Shown: piece by piece, positions 61,147 to 61,255 of the stretch
How positions within the stretch are numbered: position 1 is the stretch's first letter
Layout: each line of letters starts with the position of its first letter
From: Candidatus Moranbacteria bacterium UBA2206
GTDB taxonomy: Bacteria; Patescibacteriota; Minisyncoccia; Moranbacterales; UBA2206
NCBI GenBank assembly: GCA_002328565.1
Contig: DCUU01000020.1
Location: forward strand, 1-61,255
Length of the DNA: 61,255 bases
Direction: 5' to 3'
Program-made: the position numbers and the translations under genes
The notes under the pieces: model-generated
What the model was told of the DNA's origin: nothing
Databases searched by the model: none
Seen by the model: the letters and a program-made list of their open reading frames with translations, nothing else

Positions 61147-61255
61147 TTATTTCATCGCTTCAAAAATATCCTGCCGAAGCTTATTGAATTCTGGTGAAAA
61201 TTTTATTTCTTCCGCTCGTGGGCGAGGAAACCTACTTTCTAGCTTGAACTGCAAC
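61147..61255 (-). CDS. Partial CDS (C-terminal ~35 codons), running off the window edge
   Basis: The minus-strand frame is open from the window end to a stop whose complement lies at 61147-61149 (...EEIKFSPEFNKLRQDIFEAMK). Product unknown. Confidence 0.35.
   Translation of the reverse strand, partial: LQFKLESRFPRPRAEEIKFSPEFNKLRQDIFEAMK

Overview
This is an AT-rich, tightly packed bacterial window. Its gene content and style suggest a reduced Patescibacteria/CPR-like genome, but that placement is inference only. I see no rRNA genes and no CRISPR array.

Housekeeping genes I recognise from motifs:
- Replication, repair and transcription: polA, mutM, holA, ruvA, dnaG-rpoD.
- Translation and RNA modification: rpsT, tsaC, a TrmH/SpoU methyltransferase.
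- Cell wall: a FemAB-family enzyme and murE.
- Envelope and stress: lemA-htpX.
- Central metabolism: pyk and ppsA.
- Aromatic amino acids: a terminal Phe/Tyr branch (pheA, tyrA fused to chorismate mutase, an aminotransferase).
- Copper: a csoR/HMA-membrane protein/copA operon.
- Other: cyclophilin, four TrmB-like regulators, one tRNA-Ser(GGA).

Accessory content:
- A hicB/hicA-like pair.
- An ORF6N/XRE/753-aa orphan islet.
- A free-standing LAGLIDADG endonuclease whose 3' end overlaps tRNA-Ser, followed by a RhuM gene.
- A ten-gene type I R-M operon (half-hsdS, hsdM, hsdS, hsdR, DUF45 peptidase). A DinD/BRO-N gene and three unknown genes sit between hsdM and hsdS.

The three most unusual signals:
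1. Several families of short palindromic or word-repeat elements fill the intergenic spacers. They also sit in frame inside polA, mutM, the FemAB gene and murE.
2. Two paralogous units each consist of a promoter, an apparently leaderless 31-32 codon ORF and a terminator, with antiterminator-like pairing. One peptide is aromatic-rich and lies upstream of the Phe/Tyr genes.
3. The nested cassette in the R-M operon is a candidate defence module.

All coordinates, counts and pairings were worked out by hand. No database searches were run.
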